From Parcubacteria group bacterium RIFCSPLOWO2_01_FULL_48_18 (lineage in GTDB: Bacteria; Patescibacteriota; Minisyncoccia; UBA6257; WO2-01-48-18), in contig MHXH01000017.1 of the NCBI GenBank assembly GCA_001824435.1, positions 335 to 64,334 on the forward strand: DNA of 64,000 nt, written 5' to 3'. Shown one piece after another: positions 63,303 through 64,000 of the stretch. Within the stretch, counting starts at the first letter, position 1. Each line of letters starts with the position of its first letter. The translations under genes and the position numbers were made by a program. A model generated the notes under the pieces. It did no database searches and was not told the DNA's origin. It was given only the letters and a program-made list of their open reading frames with translations.

Positions 63303-63418
63303 CAAATTTCTAAATCCTAACTTCTAATTTCTAAATAAATCCCAGTAACCGAATTCCGAAATTGGGTATTGGAAATTTATTAGAAATTAGGTCAATTAGA
63401 AATTGGTCATTCAAGTAT
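63303..63418. repeat. AT-rich heptamer-array element inserted in 23S helix 68 region
   Basis: The insert splits helix strands cactaaggcgag / ctttagtgagg. Homologous to 59812-59945. Confidence 0.6.
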
Positions 63419-64000
63419 CTCGCCTTAGTGAGATGCATACGACCCCCATCGTTTAACCTTCTCGCATCGGTCAGGCGTCACCCCCTATACATCCTCTTAC
63501 GAGTTAGCAGGGAGCTGTGTTTTTGATAAACAGTCGCCAGGCAAACTTTCGCTGCGTCCCTCGCACCTTGCGGTGCTCGGGAAGGCCTTATCGCTAACTT
63601 ACGGCCGCTTTTTTGCCGAGTTCCTTAACGAGGACTCACTCGTTCTCCTTGGGCTACTCGCCCCGCCCACCAGTGTCGGATTGCGGTACGGAACCAATAC
63701 TATTAACTCTAGAAGTTTTTCTTGGATCGCTCTTCAGCCGGATTGCCCTGGTAAAAACCAAAACTTTCGTCTGCTTTCGGAATTTGCCATAAAAGACAGT
63801 TGAACGGATTTGCCTGTCCAACATTCCTTCAAGCAAACAGCGTCAAACCATTAAGACGCCCGGCCTTATTTCAACCGTCGCTCCATCGAAATAGTATCGG
63901 TGGGACGGAATATTAACCGTCTGTCCATCACCTTCGGCTTTCGCCATCGGCTTAGGACCGCCTCACCCGTGGTTGATTGCCATTGCCACGGAAACCTTGG

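Overview
This 64-kb window looks like a small, streamlined bacterial genome, probably Patescibacteria/CPR-like; that placement is an inference from gene content and the intron-rich rRNA. Most genes are on the minus strand. Core genes include dnaX, rpsL-rpsG ... fusA, rpoB-rpoC, dnaJ, aspS, ychF, uppS, ldcA, ndk, mltG, a SEDS gene (rodA/ftsW), comEC, zwf-gnd and an ABC exporter. The 3' part of an rRNA operon is present: a partial 23S rRNA and a 5S rRNA, both on the minus strand. The 23S carries two group I introns encoding LAGLIDADG homing endonucleases, one ORF-less insertion, and two copies of an AT-rich heptamer-array element. Four things stand out. First, three families of short repeats (a GC-rich ~120-bp element, 8-bp tandem arrays, 7-bp inverted arrays) recur in intergenic DNA and 5'UTRs; the 7-bp arrays also sit inside the 23S, and each family sits in-frame inside a coding sequence (dnaX, a ROK kinase, a CobO-like gene). 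Second, a GC-rich island of four unknown genes at 37.2-40.65 kb is followed by a fifth unknown gene and a MazG-like gene and may be an acquired defence or accessory module. Third, a GC-rich ~0.9-kb non-coding island at 24.0-24.9 kb is probably a structured RNA with weak rnpB-like motifs. Fourth, a 34-bp palindromic operator-like motif occurs three times and links a TrpR/YerC-like regulator to zwf-gnd. Coordinates derived by counting may be off by 1-2 nt.
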